Assembly: GCA_965261885.1 (NCBI GenBank)
Contig: CBDHDY010000034.1
Coordinates: 19,474-83,473, forward strand
Length of the DNA: 64,000 nt
Direction: 5' to 3'
Source: Dehalococcoidia bacterium
Lineage (GTDB): Bacteria; Chloroflexota; Dehalococcoidia; Lucifugimonadales; UBA3495
Position numbers and translations under genes: made by a program. The notes under the pieces were generated by a model, which was not told where the DNA came from, searched no databases, and saw only the letters and a list, made by a program, of their open reading frames with translations. Shown in pieces: positions 10,079-20,151 of this stretch; positions within the stretch are counted from its first letter, which is position 1; every line of letters starts with the position of its first letter.

Positions 10079-11755
10079 ATGCCAGAATTTGATCTTGTAA
10101 TCCGCGGTGGCACTGTGATTGACGGCACAGGCATGCCCCGCATCCGCGCCGATCTGGGTGTGAAAGACGGCCGGGTGGCTATGATCAGCGGGCGCATACA
10201 CGGCGCCGGCGCGAAGGAATTGGACGCCAGCGGCTGTATCGTGGCACCGGGTGCCATCGACCTGCACACCCACTACGATGCGCAGCTCAACTGGGACCCC
10301 TACGCTTCGTTGTCGGGCTGGTTCGGTGTCACGTCCCTGACGGTGGGCCAGTGTGGCTTTGGCTTCGCGCCGACGCGCCCGGATGACCGGGACCTCAACA
10401 TGCGGATGATGAATCGCATCGAAGCAATACCGCTGGAGTCCATGCGCCAGGGTATGCGCTGGGACTGGGAGACCTTCCCGGAATACATGGACAGCCTCGA
10501 CAAGCAGGGCCTCGGCGTCAACGTGGGCTGCCTCGTACCGTTCTCGCCATTGCGCGGCTACGTGCTTGGCATGATCGCAGCGCGCGAACGGACTTCGGTC
10601 ACCGAGGCCGAACTCAACCAGATGAAGCAGATCCTCCACGATTCGATGAAGGCCGGAGCCTTCGGTATCTCGGCGGACAAGAACCTTGAGGACAGGCCCG
10701 AGGATGGCAGCTGGCTTCCCAGCCACGTCGCCTCCCGCGAGGAGTTCCTCGCCTTGTCCCAGGTGATGTCCCAGTTTGGCGTGGGGCACTTGGGCTGGAC
10801 CATCGGTATATCCGATGACCGCGCGGGACAGCGCGAGATGCTGGCCGAGATGGTGCGGATGAGCGGCCGCCCTCTCCACGTCGTTCTCGGTGACGACGAA
10901 GGCTACGACTGGCTGAACCAGGTGCAGGCGGAAGGCCTGCCGGTGCTGGCACAGCTCGGCCCCGTGCCGACAATCTCCGAGTTCAAGCTTTCCGAGTACA
11001 ACCTGTTCGACTACATGTCTAACTGGGTGCAGCCGCTGGTCGGCACCAAGGAAGAACGCATCGCCAAGCTCTCCGAGGATGGCGTGCGCATTGGCATGAA
11101 GCAGGATGTCCTCGATCGACCCCATCCCAGGACCGATTGGACCCGGCTCCAGGTTGTTGAGGTCGCCCACGAGCGCAACCTGAAGTACGAGGGCCTCAGC
11201 ATCGCCGACATCGCCGAGGCCGAGGGCAAGCACCCGCTGGACGCCTTCCTGGACATCGCCCTCGACGAGGACCTCGAGACCGAATTCGCCCATCCCTCCA
11301 ACAACCGTGGGGATGACGTCACAGGCGAAAGGCTGAAGAACCCCTTTGTCCACATTTCGGTGTCGGACGGTGGAGCTCACACCCGCTTCCTGGTCAACAG
11401 CGTCTGGCCGGTCTACTTCCTGGGTCACTGGGTCCGCGACCGGGAATTGATGTCGTTGGAGCAGGCGCACTACAAGATGAGCGCTCTGCCCGCCTGGTTC
11501 TCCGATATGAAGAACCGGGGCACCCTGCGCATTGGCGACTATGCCGACATCATGGTCTACAACTTGGACGAGTTGGGCCTGCTCTATGACAAGCCTCAAT
11601 TCGCCACCGACTTCCCCGGCGGCGAGCGGCGGTTGGTCCAAATGCCCACCGGCATGCGCTATATCCTAGTCAACGGCTCCCTCACCTTCCAGGACAACGA
11701 GTGCACCGGTGCACTGCCCGGAAAGCTGCTCCGCAGCTACGACCAGATCGGGTAA
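10079..11755 (+). CDS. N-acyl-D-amino-acid deacylase-like amidohydrolase (paralog 2)
   Basis: Same motifs, near-identical to 8164..9837; GGAGG RBS before ATG 10079. Confidence 0.88.
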   Translation: MPEFDLVIRGGTVIDGTGMPRIRADLGVKDGRVAMISGRIHGAGAKELDASGCIVAPGAIDLHTHYDAQLNWDPYASLSGWFGVTSLTVGQCGFGFAPTRPDDRDLNMRMMNRIEAIPLESMRQGMRWDWETFPEYMDSLDKQGLGVNVGCLVPFSPLRGYVLGMIAARERTSVTEAELNQMKQILHDSMKAGAFGISADKNLEDRPEDGSWLPSHVASREEFLALSQVMSQFGVGHLGWTIGISDDRAGQREMLAEMVRMSGRPLHVVLGDDEGYDWLNQVQAEGLPVLAQLGPVPTISEFKLSEYNLFDYMSNWVQPLVGTKEERIAKLSEDGVRIGMKQDVLDRPHPRTDWTRLQVVEVAHERNLKYEGLSIADIAEAEGKHPLDAFLDIALDEDLETEFAHPSNNRGDDVTGERLKNPFVHISVSDGGAHTRFLVNSVWPVYFLGHWVRDRELMSLEQAHYKMSALPAWFSDMKNRGTLRIGDYADIMVYNLDELGLLYDKPQFATDFPGGERRLVQMPTGMRYILVNGSLTFQDNECTGALPGKLLRSYDQIG

Positions 11756-11780
11756 CCTGCACGAATTTTGGAGCAAACTA

Positions 11781-11808
11781 AAAGGGGCGGCCTGCAGGCC
11801 GCCCCTTT
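11781..11808. terminator. Bidirectional terminator hairpin
   Basis: aaaggggcggcc-tgca-ggccgccccttt between convergent genes. Confidence 0.8.
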
Positions 11809-12037
11809 ACTTTTCTGTCGCTGGAGGCTTGTTCCTCTTGAAGTGTGGTGTAAGCAGCTTTGCCGCCCCGTCTAGGGTAATGCCAACAACATCTCCGTTT
11901 GCGTCGTAGTCGGCAGATAGTCCTTCGCCGATCTCATTGGCATCAGAGGCAGGCAGGCCGTTCCAGAGGGATAGGGTGTCCGTCTCAGGGTCGTAAAACA
12001 ACTGTAATTTCATTGACTGGATTGTGGGTTCCTGCAT
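11807..12037 (-). CDS. DUF2283-family putative antitoxin
   Basis: YDPETDTLSL...ADYDANGDVVGITL signature. Confidence 0.75.
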   Translation of the reverse strand: MQEPTIQSMKLQLFYDPETDTLSLWNGLPASDANEIGEGLSADYDANGDVVGITLDGAAKLLTPHFKRNKPPATEK

Positions 12038-12285
12038 GGCCGTCCCCACCACCTCATTGCGCCCCTGTCTATGTGCCTGTTCAGAAGCCTGCTGTTATCG
12101 GTGAGTATCACCAGAACCCACCGGTCTATTTCCTCGATAAACCCGAATAACAGCCTGCGGGTTTCACGAGTTACGAGTCTGGTTAGCGAATGGTTCGGAT
12201 TCTCCAGTATTCGCGTTACCCACTCATCTCTGACTTCTGGGTGTTTGTTCCTTGCCACCTGATTATAGTACCAGGTCTCCTCCAC
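12010..12285 (-). CDS. Putative RelE/BrnT-fold toxin (DUF4258-like), partner of DUF2283
   Basis: Small basic ORF (KHPEV..EWV.RILENP...RWVLVI) overlapping the DUF2283 gene. Confidence 0.55.
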   Translation of the reverse strand: MEETWYYNQVARNKHPEVRDEWVTRILENPNHSLTRLVTRETRRLLFGFIEEIDRWVLVILTDNSRLLNRHIDRGAMRWWGRPCRNPQSSQ

Positions 12286-12288
12286 GCC

Positions 12289-12663
12289 TTACTCGTCGGG
12301 CACCAGCGCGACCAGGCGTCCCTCCTGCTGGGTTACGAGGAATACCCTCATTCGCAGCTCCGGGTTGTTGACGCAGCGGCCATCGCCCTTTTCGTATTCG
12401 TAGCCGTGCGTATCGCAGACGAACACGTCATCACCGACATCCTCGACCTCGCCGCCCTGGTGTGGGCAGAGGGTGGAAAGCATTCTGTAGCCCTCGCCTC
12501 CCTGCACCAGGAAATAGTTGGCGGAGCCGACCTTTATCAGCTTGGGGAGGTCGGTGAATTCAGATTCCTCGCCCAGGTCCACTCGCACCTTTTTCGAACG
12601 AGCCGAACCGCTGATCTGCCGCATCGTAATCCTGTTGACCTGCCTCTCAGTAGCCATGAGCAC
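12289..12663 (-). CDS. Rieske [2Fe-2S] ferredoxin
   Basis: CPHQGG and CDTHG ligand motifs. Confidence 0.85.
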   Translation of the reverse strand: MLMATERQVNRITMRQISGSARSKKVRVDLGEESEFTDLPKLIKVGSANYFLVQGGEGYRMLSTLCPHQGGEVEDVGDDVFVCDTHGYEYEKGDGRCVNNPELRMRVFLVTQQEGRLVALVPDE

Positions 12664-12805
12664 ATATCCTCGTAGCTGAATTTGGCCCAGTATAGCAGAC
12701 AGGTGGGCGGTGGAATCCAGCCCTTCCGTTCAATGGACGTAAAGCCATCATTGATTCGGCGCGCTCGCCGTGGCACAATTTGTATATTGGCAACAGGAGG
12801 TCGCT

Positions 12806-14245
12806 ATGAGTACGGAAGCCGCCTTTTCAGACCGGTATGGATTGCCCCTTACCACAAACTCCCAGACCGCCCTCACTCGATATGCGGAGGGACTGGAACT
12901 TGTCCTGTCCCAGAACTTCGGGGCCGAGGACGCCTTCGCCAAGGCGATTGAGGCCGATGAGGGATTTGCCTTGGCGCATGCCGCAAAGGCATTCATGGAC
13001 TTTCTCCGGATCGACGTTCCGGAAGCGCGCGCCAACGCCGAAAAGGCCTTGAAGCTGTCCTCCGGGCTGAGCAGCCGGGAACGAGGGTTTGTTGACATCG
13101 TGTCCAAGTTCGTCAACGGGCAGAACCACTCGGCCACTGCGGCAGTGCATGAGCACCTGAGCGAATTTCCCCGTGACGCCATGCTCTTGCGCCTTGCCCA
13201 GCGCCTTTACACCCAGGGCTGTGTCGGGATCGGAGCTCCGGACTTTCCGCCACGCTTCTACAAACTGATGACCGAGGCAGCGCCGCATTACGGGGAGGAC
13301 TGGGCCTTCATGGGTCAGTACGCATGGGCAAACCACGAGATTGGCAAGATGGATGAGGGGATGGACCTGGCCCAGCGGTCCCTCGACCTCAACCCCTCCA
13401 ATGGCGTGGCTGCTCACTCCGTGGCCCACGTATTTTACGAAATGAGCCAGGATGATGAGGGTGGTGCCTTCCTGAGCTCCTGGCTCGAGGACTACGACCG
13501 CCGGTCCACCTACAGGGTGCACCTGTCCTGGCATCAGGCGCTCTTCGAGCTGGCTATGGGTCGCTACAACCAGGCACTGAGCTGGTACGAGCAAGACATT
13601 CGTCCGGCAGTGCAGGAGCTAAAGTACGCAGCCCTGGCCGACAGTGCGTCTCTGGTCTGGCGCATGAAAATATACGGTGATGTTTCTCCGCAGGCACCCT
13701 GGGGCGAACTGATTGAGTTGGCCGCACCTGCTGCCAACCGGCCAGGACCGTCCTTCCGGGACGCCCACGCTGCGCTGGCCTTCACCGCGGCCGGCGACGA
13801 CGAGTCGTTCGGCATGCTGGTTGATGGGCTGCAGGCGATGGCCGATGCGGGCGACGCCACTGCCAAGGAGGCCACCTTGCCCCTGATCAGGGGGATCGGC
13901 GCCTTTGGCCGCGGCGAATACGATGAGGCGGTGCGACTGATGGAGCCGGTCTACCCGCAACTCACCCGCGTCGGCGGCAGCCACGCCCAGCGCCTGGTGT
14001 TCGAAGATACGCTGCTGGAGGCTTACCTGCGCGCCGAGGAGTTTGACAAGGCCACCGACATGCTCCGCGATCGCCTGTCGCGACGCGAGTCTCCTCGCGA
14101 GCTTTACTGGCTTGCTAGGGCCCAGGCGGCGCAGGGGCAGAAAGACGAGGCCCAGCAGAATCTGTCTCAGGCAAAGGAAATCTGGACCGACGCCGACACC
14201 AACACTCTGGAATACGGCCGCTTCACCCAGATGGCCGCGGACTAA
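12806..14245 (+). CDS. TPR protein, TTC38-like
   Basis: DRYGLPLTT, AHSVAHVFYE, HLSWHQAL, GGSHAQRLVF; AGGAGG RBS. Confidence 0.8.
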   Translation: MSTEAAFSDRYGLPLTTNSQTALTRYAEGLELVLSQNFGAEDAFAKAIEADEGFALAHAAKAFMDFLRIDVPEARANAEKALKLSSGLSSRERGFVDIVSKFVNGQNHSATAAVHEHLSEFPRDAMLLRLAQRLYTQGCVGIGAPDFPPRFYKLMTEAAPHYGEDWAFMGQYAWANHEIGKMDEGMDLAQRSLDLNPSNGVAAHSVAHVFYEMSQDDEGGAFLSSWLEDYDRRSTYRVHLSWHQALFELAMGRYNQALSWYEQDIRPAVQELKYAALADSASLVWRMKIYGDVSPQAPWGELIELAAPAANRPGPSFRDAHAALAFTAAGDDESFGMLVDGLQAMADAGDATAKEATLPLIRGIGAFGRGEYDEAVRLMEPVYPQLTRVGGSHAQRLVFEDTLLEAYLRAEEFDKATDMLRDRLSRRESPRELYWLARAQAAQGQKDEAQQNLSQAKEIWTDADTNTLEYGRFTQMAAD

Positions 14246-14273
14246 AGGGACGTTTTCCCTACCGTTTCCTATA

Positions 14274-14296
14274 GGGGCGGGTACAAAACCCGCCCT
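14274..14296. terminator. Hairpin between convergent genes
   Basis: gggcgggt-acaaa-acccgccc. Confidence 0.6.
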
Positions 14297-15861
14297 TAAA
14301 CATTTCCCCAAACAACCAAGCCTCCGGCAATTGTCAGAACCGGCTTTACGTCGGCCAGATCACTGTGGTCCATGGACAGCAGGTTGGCGTCCACCAGGAC
14401 GAGGTCAGCCAGCTTTCCGGGTTGCAGGGAGCCTTTTCCGGTCGATGCGCCCTCAGCCTCGGCGCCGCAGATGGTGTACATCCTCAGGGCGTCAATCACG
14501 CTGACGGTCTGTTCCTCCTGCCCGCTGCCGGAAAGCAGTTCGCCGTCGGATGCGCGGCGTGTGACAGCACTGCAAATTGCAGGCCACGGGTTGGGGTCGA
14601 TGACCGGTGCATCAGAGCCAAAGGCGGTTGCCACGCCGGCGCGCAGCAGCGCCCCGGCCGGATACAGGTGGGGCAGCAAACGGGCTTCGACATTCTCGCG
14701 GTAAGACAAGCCGTTGTGATACAGGAACCCCGGCTGTGTCACTACGTTTGCGCCCGACCGGCGAACCCATTCGATCAATGGCGGTGTGCCCTCAGCGCAG
14801 TGCTCTATCCGGTCGCTGAGACCCGGTTGCCTGTTGTCCTGCAGCAGCGCGGCTGCCACCGCGATGGCTTCTTCCTCCACACAATGCATGGCAACCGGAT
14901 ACCCACGACTATGTGCCTCCGCAATCGTTGTCTCCAGTTCAGAGGGTAGCGGGTGGAGCGCACCCGCAGTCAACGTGAGCATAATCTTGGCATGCCCCAA
15001 TCGCAGCAGCTGGTCGCCTGAACCATAGTACAGGGCGGCTGCAGACAGCTCCTCCAGCCGCCCAATACTGGCAAACATGGTGATTCGACACCGGAGTATC
15101 CCGTCAGACTGCAGCCGACTAAAGTGCTTCCATCTCTCCAGCCCGTTGTCCGCGCCCGCATCTTGTACCGAGGTAATTCCGTAGCTGGCAAGCAACCGGT
15201 CTGCGGAGCGCATTCCGGATTCAACATTCTCCGGGCTCCTGATGTTGCCCAGCCTCTGTCTGAGGAACGACTGTGACTCGATGATCACGCCAGTGGGTTC
15301 GCCGGTCAACCGGTCCCGTTCGATCACACCGCCGGGGGGATCAGGCATCTCGCGATGGATGCCCGCCAGATCCAGCGCGCGGCTGTTCAGAGAGGAGGCA
15401 TGGCCGCTGCGGTGCTGCAGCCAAGCAGGATGGTGCGGAGCTGCAGAATCCAGGTCGTGCCGGTCAGGGTGGCGGCGGTCGGTCAGCTGCAGATCGTCGT
15501 ATCCAAAGCCGCGCACCCACGTGCCTGGCACACGAGCCGCAGCCCAGCCCCGGATGAGGGATTGCAAAGCGGCAATGGACGGGGCGTGTTGGGGGGTGCA
15601 GTTGAGGTCCTGAAGTCGCCTAGCCAGACCCGCCAGGTGCAGGTGGGCGTCGTTGAACCCTGGAAGCAGGGTCTGGCCTTGGCAGTCTATGAACCGGGTG
15701 CCGCGAGACGCCAGGCCGCGAATGTCGGAGTTGCTGCCAACTGCCGCAATGCGGTCCGCGGAGATTGCAACCGCTTCAGCCTGCGGCACCGCCGATTCCG
15801 CCGATTCCATGGTCAGCACATTTGCGTTGACCAGGGCGAGACTGATGTGCGAGGCAGACAT
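14296..15861 (-). CDS. YtcJ-like amidohydrolase (Amidohydro_3)
   Basis: LPGFNDAHLH, HRSGHAS.LNS.AL, RIEHC, GSDAP, GKLADLV. Confidence 0.88.
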   Translation of the reverse strand: MSASHISLALVNANVLTMESAESAVPQAEAVAISADRIAAVGSNSDIRGLASRGTRFIDCQGQTLLPGFNDAHLHLAGLARRLQDLNCTPQHAPSIAALQSLIRGWAAARVPGTWVRGFGYDDLQLTDRRHPDRHDLDSAAPHHPAWLQHRSGHASSLNSRALDLAGIHREMPDPPGGVIERDRLTGEPTGVIIESQSFLRQRLGNIRSPENVESGMRSADRLLASYGITSVQDAGADNGLERWKHFSRLQSDGILRCRITMFASIGRLEELSAAALYYGSGDQLLRLGHAKIMLTLTAGALHPLPSELETTIAEAHSRGYPVAMHCVEEEAIAVAAALLQDNRQPGLSDRIEHCAEGTPPLIEWVRRSGANVVTQPGFLYHNGLSYRENVEARLLPHLYPAGALLRAGVATAFGSDAPVIDPNPWPAICSAVTRRASDGELLSGSGQEEQTVSVIDALRMYTICGAEAEGASTGKGSLQPGKLADLVLVDANLLSMDHSDLADVKPVLTIAGGLVVWGNV

Positions 15862-15926
15862 ATTCGCCGGAGCGGAAGAGGTACGGGCAGTGAGCAGGTC
15901 AGCGATTTGCCGACGGAACCAGACGA

Positions 15927-16820
15927 CTAGGTAACAAAGGCCGCATCGTGCTGCTCGTCGGCATGGTAGGAACTGCGCACCAGTGGCCCCGAGGCCACGT
16001 GCTTGAATCCCATCTCCATACCGGCAACCCGCAGATCCTCGAACTCTGCCGGAGTGTAGAATCGGTCTATGGCGATGTGCTTTGCCGAAGGTCGGAGGTA
16101 CTGGCCGATGGTCAGGAGGTCGCAGTCCACATTTCGAAGGTCGCGCATCGTATCAAGGACTTCGTCGGAAGTCTCGCCCATACCCACGATGATTCCCGAT
16201 TTGGTGACCGTTGCGGGGTCGATATCCTTGGCTTTGGCCAAGAGTTCCAGCGAAAGATTATAGTTTCCCTTGGGCCTTACCCGTGGAAAAACCCGGACTG
16301 TAGACTCGATGTTGTGGTTCAAAACCGCCGGACTTGCCTCAATGACCCGTCGCAGTGCATCCCAGTTGCCGGAGAAGTCCGGGATCAGCACTTCGACCCG
16401 GCACTCGGGCAGTTCTTCCCGGATGCGGGTGATGCAGGACGCGAAAATGTAGGCGCCGCCGTCGGGCAGGTCGTCGCGGTTCACAGAGGTAATGACGCAG
16501 TACCGCAAGTCCATGGCTTTGACCGTCTCGGCCAGCCGCTTCGGTTCCTGCAGGTCGATGCCGACGGGCCGGCCAGTGGTGACGGCGCAATAATGACACC
16601 GGCGGGTGCAGATGTCACCAAGAATCATGAACGTCGCAGTGCCTCGGCCCCAGCATTCCCCAATGTTCGGGCAGTGAGCCTCCTCGCACACGGTGTGCAA
16701 TTCCTGGCTCCGCATCAGCTCCTTGAGCTGCATGTACCGGGGGCTGCCGGGCATCTGCACCTTCAGCCACTCGGGCAGGCGAGGGCGTAACTCAAGTGTG
16801 TTTTTTTGCTGGGTCATCAA
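15927..16820 (-). CDS. lipA: Lipoyl synthase
   Basis: CEEAHCPNIGEC, CTRRCHYC, GPLVRSSYHA. Confidence 0.97.
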   Translation of the reverse strand: MMTQQKNTLELRPRLPEWLKVQMPGSPRYMQLKELMRSQELHTVCEEAHCPNIGECWGRGTATFMILGDICTRRCHYCAVTTGRPVGIDLQEPKRLAETVKAMDLRYCVITSVNRDDLPDGGAYIFASCITRIREELPECRVEVLIPDFSGNWDALRRVIEASPAVLNHNIESTVRVFPRVRPKGNYNLSLELLAKAKDIDPATVTKSGIIVGMGETSDEVLDTMRDLRNVDCDLLTIGQYLRPSAKHIAIDRFYTPAEFEDLRVAGMEMGFKHVASGPLVRSSYHADEQHDAAFVT

Positions 16821-16886
16821 GATCCTCGGGTGCCGGATGGATGGGCCGCAGTTACCATTATAGCAACTACCTGTAAAATGGGGGCG

Positions 16887-17507
16887 TCAGAGTAGCTGGA
16901 CCAGGCGGGGAGTGACGCGGCATTTCTCGGCGGCAACGATGGCGTCGATGTCGGCGGCGGCCTGCTCCAGCCTGCCGTTGGCGTTGACGACCCGGTAGTC
17001 AAAGTTGCTTACCTCTGCCAGCTCCTCCTGTGCGGTGCGCAGGCGGCGCTCCATGTCCGGGGCGGACTCGGTCATCCGGCCCGTGAGCCGTCGCTGCAGT
17101 TCATCCAGTGAGGGCGGCATCAGGAAGATCAGCAGGGCTTCCGGAGCCATCTGGCGGATGGTTGCGGCTCCCTGCACGTCTATTTTCAGGAAAACGTCCT
17201 TGCCTGAGCGTAGCGCGTCCCGTGCCTGACTCCTCGGGACACCATACCAGCGCCCGTAGACCTCTGCGCACTCGATGAACTCGTCGCGGTCCCGCATCTT
17301 GGTGAACGTGTCCGGCTCGAGGAAGACATAGTCCACGCCGTCCTGCTCTCCGGGCCGAATGGGCCGGGTGGTGGCGGTTACCGCGAAATGCCATGGGCGG
17401 TCAAGTCTCCGCAACTCCGAGAGTACGGCATCTTTGCCCACACCGGAGGGGCCTGACAGCACCACCAGCAATGGAGGAGGCGGGCTGGCTTCGGGAATGA
17501 GCGACAT
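16887..17507 (-). CDS. gmk: Guanylate kinase
   Basis: SGPSGVGK, TTRPIRPGEQDGVDY, IDVQGA. Confidence 0.97.
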   Translation of the reverse strand: MSLIPEASPPPPLLVVLSGPSGVGKDAVLSELRRLDRPWHFAVTATTRPIRPGEQDGVDYVFLEPDTFTKMRDRDEFIECAEVYGRWYGVPRSQARDALRSGKDVFLKIDVQGAATIRQMAPEALLIFLMPPSLDELQRRLTGRMTESAPDMERRLRTAQEELAEVSNFDYRVVNANGRLEQAAADIDAIVAAEKCRVTPRLVQLL

Positions 17508-17516
17508 CGTTTCCGG

Positions 17517-18836
17517 CTATCCCCTGGCGTGACCCGGAGCCAGATGGTCGAGGTCCTGCCAGAAGCTGGGATAGGACACAGAGGCATCGGAGGCGCCGTG
17601 TACTTCCACTTCACCGTTGGCCAGGAGACCGCAGACCGCCATTGCCATGGCCAGGCGATGGTCGCCGTGGGACTGGCAGGGGGCCCCCGTAAGGCGCCCG
17701 GTGCCTCGAATGACCATGCCATCCTCCCGTGCCTCAATGTCTGCGCCCAGCCTGGAGAGTTCCTGAACGGTGGTGGCGATGCGGTCGGACTCCTTGACCC
17801 GCAATTCCGCCGCGTCGCGGATGACCGTCTCCCCACTGGCGAAGCATGCTGCGACCGCCAGAATGGGGACTTCGTCCAGGATGCGGGGAATCATGTCTCC
17901 GCCGATCTCTGTCCCCTGTAATTCTGCCGGCGTGACCAGTAGATCGGCCACCGGCTCGCCTCCCTCGGTGCGTTCGTCCAGTAGCTGGAGGCTGCCCCCG
18001 GCGCCCATGGCCGAGAGTGCGTCGATAATGCCGGTGCGGCTGGGGTTGAGGCCGACGCCCCTTACAAGCAACCGGGAATCAGGATGGCAGAGCCCAGCGA
18101 CGATCCAGAACGCTGCCGAGCTGATATCGCCTGGTACGGCGATGTTAACGGACCTCAGGGAGGCAGGCTTGACGCGAAGATCCAGTCCGTCCTCCTCTAT
18201 GGAGGCACCCATGGCCTTAACCATCCGCTCCGTGTGGTCGCGAGACAGCGCCGGCTGGTGGACCACTGTTTCGCCGTCCGCCGACAGTCCGGCCAGCATG
18301 ATACAAGACTTGACCTGGGCGCTCGCCACCGGGAGATCGTACTGGATCCCCTTGAGCGAACCGCCCTGAATAACCAAAGGAGCAAGCGAGTTGCCCTGCC
18401 GGCCCAGCACTTGCGCTCCCATCCTCTGCAGGGGCTCGACGATGCGACGCATGGGGCGGGAACGCAACGACCCATCGCCGGTGATCACTGAAAGGAACGG
18501 TTGGGCCGCCAGCAAGCCCGAGAGCAGGCGCATGGAGGTGCCACTGTTGCGGGCGTCCAGAATGTCTGATGGCTCCTCCAGCACCGGCCCGCCGCCCTTG
18601 ATAGTGTACTCGCCCGGCAAGTCGCCTTCCGTTATTTCGACACCCATCCCGCGCAGGCAGGCCATGGTGGACATCACGTCTTCGCCGTCGGAAAGGCCAG
18701 TGACCCGAGCCGTGCCACGGGCCATTGCGTTCAGGATTAGTGACCGATGCGAGATCGACTTATCGCCCGGCACCGACAGGTCGCCACCGAGTCTGGCTGG
18801 TCTTGTTACGGTGCGCACCGAGGAAGCAGGCTGCAT
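17517..18836 (-). CDS. aroA: 3-phosphoshikimate 1-carboxyvinyltransferase
   Basis: PGDKSISHR, NSGTSMR, SAQVKS, RDHTE, ELRVKESDRI, DHRLAM. Confidence 0.97.
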   Translation of the reverse strand: MQPASSVRTVTRPARLGGDLSVPGDKSISHRSLILNAMARGTARVTGLSDGEDVMSTMACLRGMGVEITEGDLPGEYTIKGGGPVLEEPSDILDARNSGTSMRLLSGLLAAQPFLSVITGDGSLRSRPMRRIVEPLQRMGAQVLGRQGNSLAPLVIQGGSLKGIQYDLPVASAQVKSCIMLAGLSADGETVVHQPALSRDHTERMVKAMGASIEEDGLDLRVKPASLRSVNIAVPGDISSAAFWIVAGLCHPDSRLLVRGVGLNPSRTGIIDALSAMGAGGSLQLLDERTEGGEPVADLLVTPAELQGTEIGGDMIPRILDEVPILAVAACFASGETVIRDAAELRVKESDRIATTVQELSRLGADIEAREDGMVIRGTGRLTGAPCQSHGDHRLAMAMAVCGLLANGEVEVHGASDASVSYPSFWQDLDHLAPGHARG

Positions 18837-18959
18837 ACTTTACTCTGGCGTGTATTCGGCGTGAAATCTACCGCGTTCTTGGGATACGGGACGCCTCGTC
18901 AATGTTTTAGGAGGGCACAGGACCCTGTTAAAGCGGGTCAGTGTTCCGCACCTCCCCTG

Positions 18960-19982
18960 CTAACGGCGTCGTTTCTCCCGGTCGCCGTCCTTGTCCCCAC
19001 GGAATATCCGGCGCTGAGCCTCCATTCCCTTGCTTCCCAGGAACATCTCGCCCATCGACTCTGAAAAAGTGGGTATATCAGGGGCGTCTCGTTGTGCCTT
19101 ACTTCCTGGCGTAATTACACCGGCCAGCCATCGAGCACGTTCCTGGTGGGCGTGCTCAAACAGTCCCCCGACGGCGGCGAGATCAGGGCCGTCCTCGTCC
19201 TTGAGCAGGTTGCGAATCTCGTACAACTCTCTTATGTACGAGTCCAGCCAACTGATAATGGGCTCACGATTGGTAATCGAAATGTCGCGGTGCATCACCG
19301 TGTCGCCTGATGCCAAACGAGACAGGTCCCTGAAACCAGAGGACGCCAACTGAGCAATATCGTCCCAGTTGGCACTTTTGGAGACAGTCTGCATCAGGGC
19401 GACCGACATCATGAATGGTAGATGGCTCACAGCGGCTACGAAACTGTCGTGCTCATCGGCACTGATGAAGAAGGGCTTCGCGCCGACGGCTTCGGCCATG
19501 GTGGTGACAGTGGATACCGCCTGTTCACGGGCGTAGGCATTGGGGACTATGCAGTATGGCTTGCCGGTAAAAAGGTCGGCGGTTGCGTGAGCCGGTCCAG
19601 GCGTCTCGCGCCCTGCCATTGGATGGCCGCCAACGAACTGCGTTTTGTCCGGCAGAATCTCTTCGGCCCACTTGTTCACGGTCCGCTTGGAGCTGCCCAC
19701 GTCGGTCAGCACCGCGTCTTTCGACAGTTCCGGGCCAATGGTCTCCATCAGGTCGCGCATCCCCATTACCGGAGTGGCCAGGACCACAACGTCGGCCCCC
19801 TCGACCGCCGGCTGCAGCCGGTTCTCGACCTTGTGAAAGGCGCCCCGCTTTTGTGCGCCGTTGCGGGCGCCGCTGTCATAGTCCGTTCCCACCAACTCCA
19901 GGTTGCGCAGTTCGGATTGTCGCAGGGCAAGCGCCAGCGACGTGCCGATCAAGCCAGTGCCGACAATCGTTATTTTGGCCAA
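18960..19982 (-). CDS. tyrA: Prephenate/arogenate dehydrogenase
   Basis: GTGLIGTS, TDVGSSK, GGHPMAG, HD..VAAVSHLP, GFRDLSRLA. Confidence 0.92.
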   Translation of the reverse strand: MAKITIVGTGLIGTSLALALRQSELRNLELVGTDYDSGARNGAQKRGAFHKVENRLQPAVEGADVVVLATPVMGMRDLMETIGPELSKDAVLTDVGSSKRTVNKWAEEILPDKTQFVGGHPMAGRETPGPAHATADLFTGKPYCIVPNAYAREQAVSTVTTMAEAVGAKPFFISADEHDSFVAAVSHLPFMMSVALMQTVSKSANWDDIAQLASSGFRDLSRLASGDTVMHRDISITNREPIISWLDSYIRELYEIRNLLKDEDGPDLAAVGGLFEHAHQERARWLAGVITPGSKAQRDAPDIPTFSESMGEMFLGSKGMEAQRRIFRGDKDGDREKRRR

Positions 19983-20151
19983 AGGGGGCCTCCTGAAGAG
20001 CTTGTCGCCGGGCCTTGCCGCCGGGTCTTGCCGCTGAATCCTGGGCCTGGCGGGGCTGCATTAAAGGGACATTCTACAACATACGCCCGTGACCAACACC
20101 CTGGACTTCCCTCCGAACTTCCAACCTCCGGACTTCTGGGGCAGGCCAGGC

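Noticed and set aside
9845-11641. Long antisense ORFs (also 23145..24833, 4688..5965, 57093..58559)
   Set aside because: Shadow frames opposite well-supported genes, expected in high-GC DNA.
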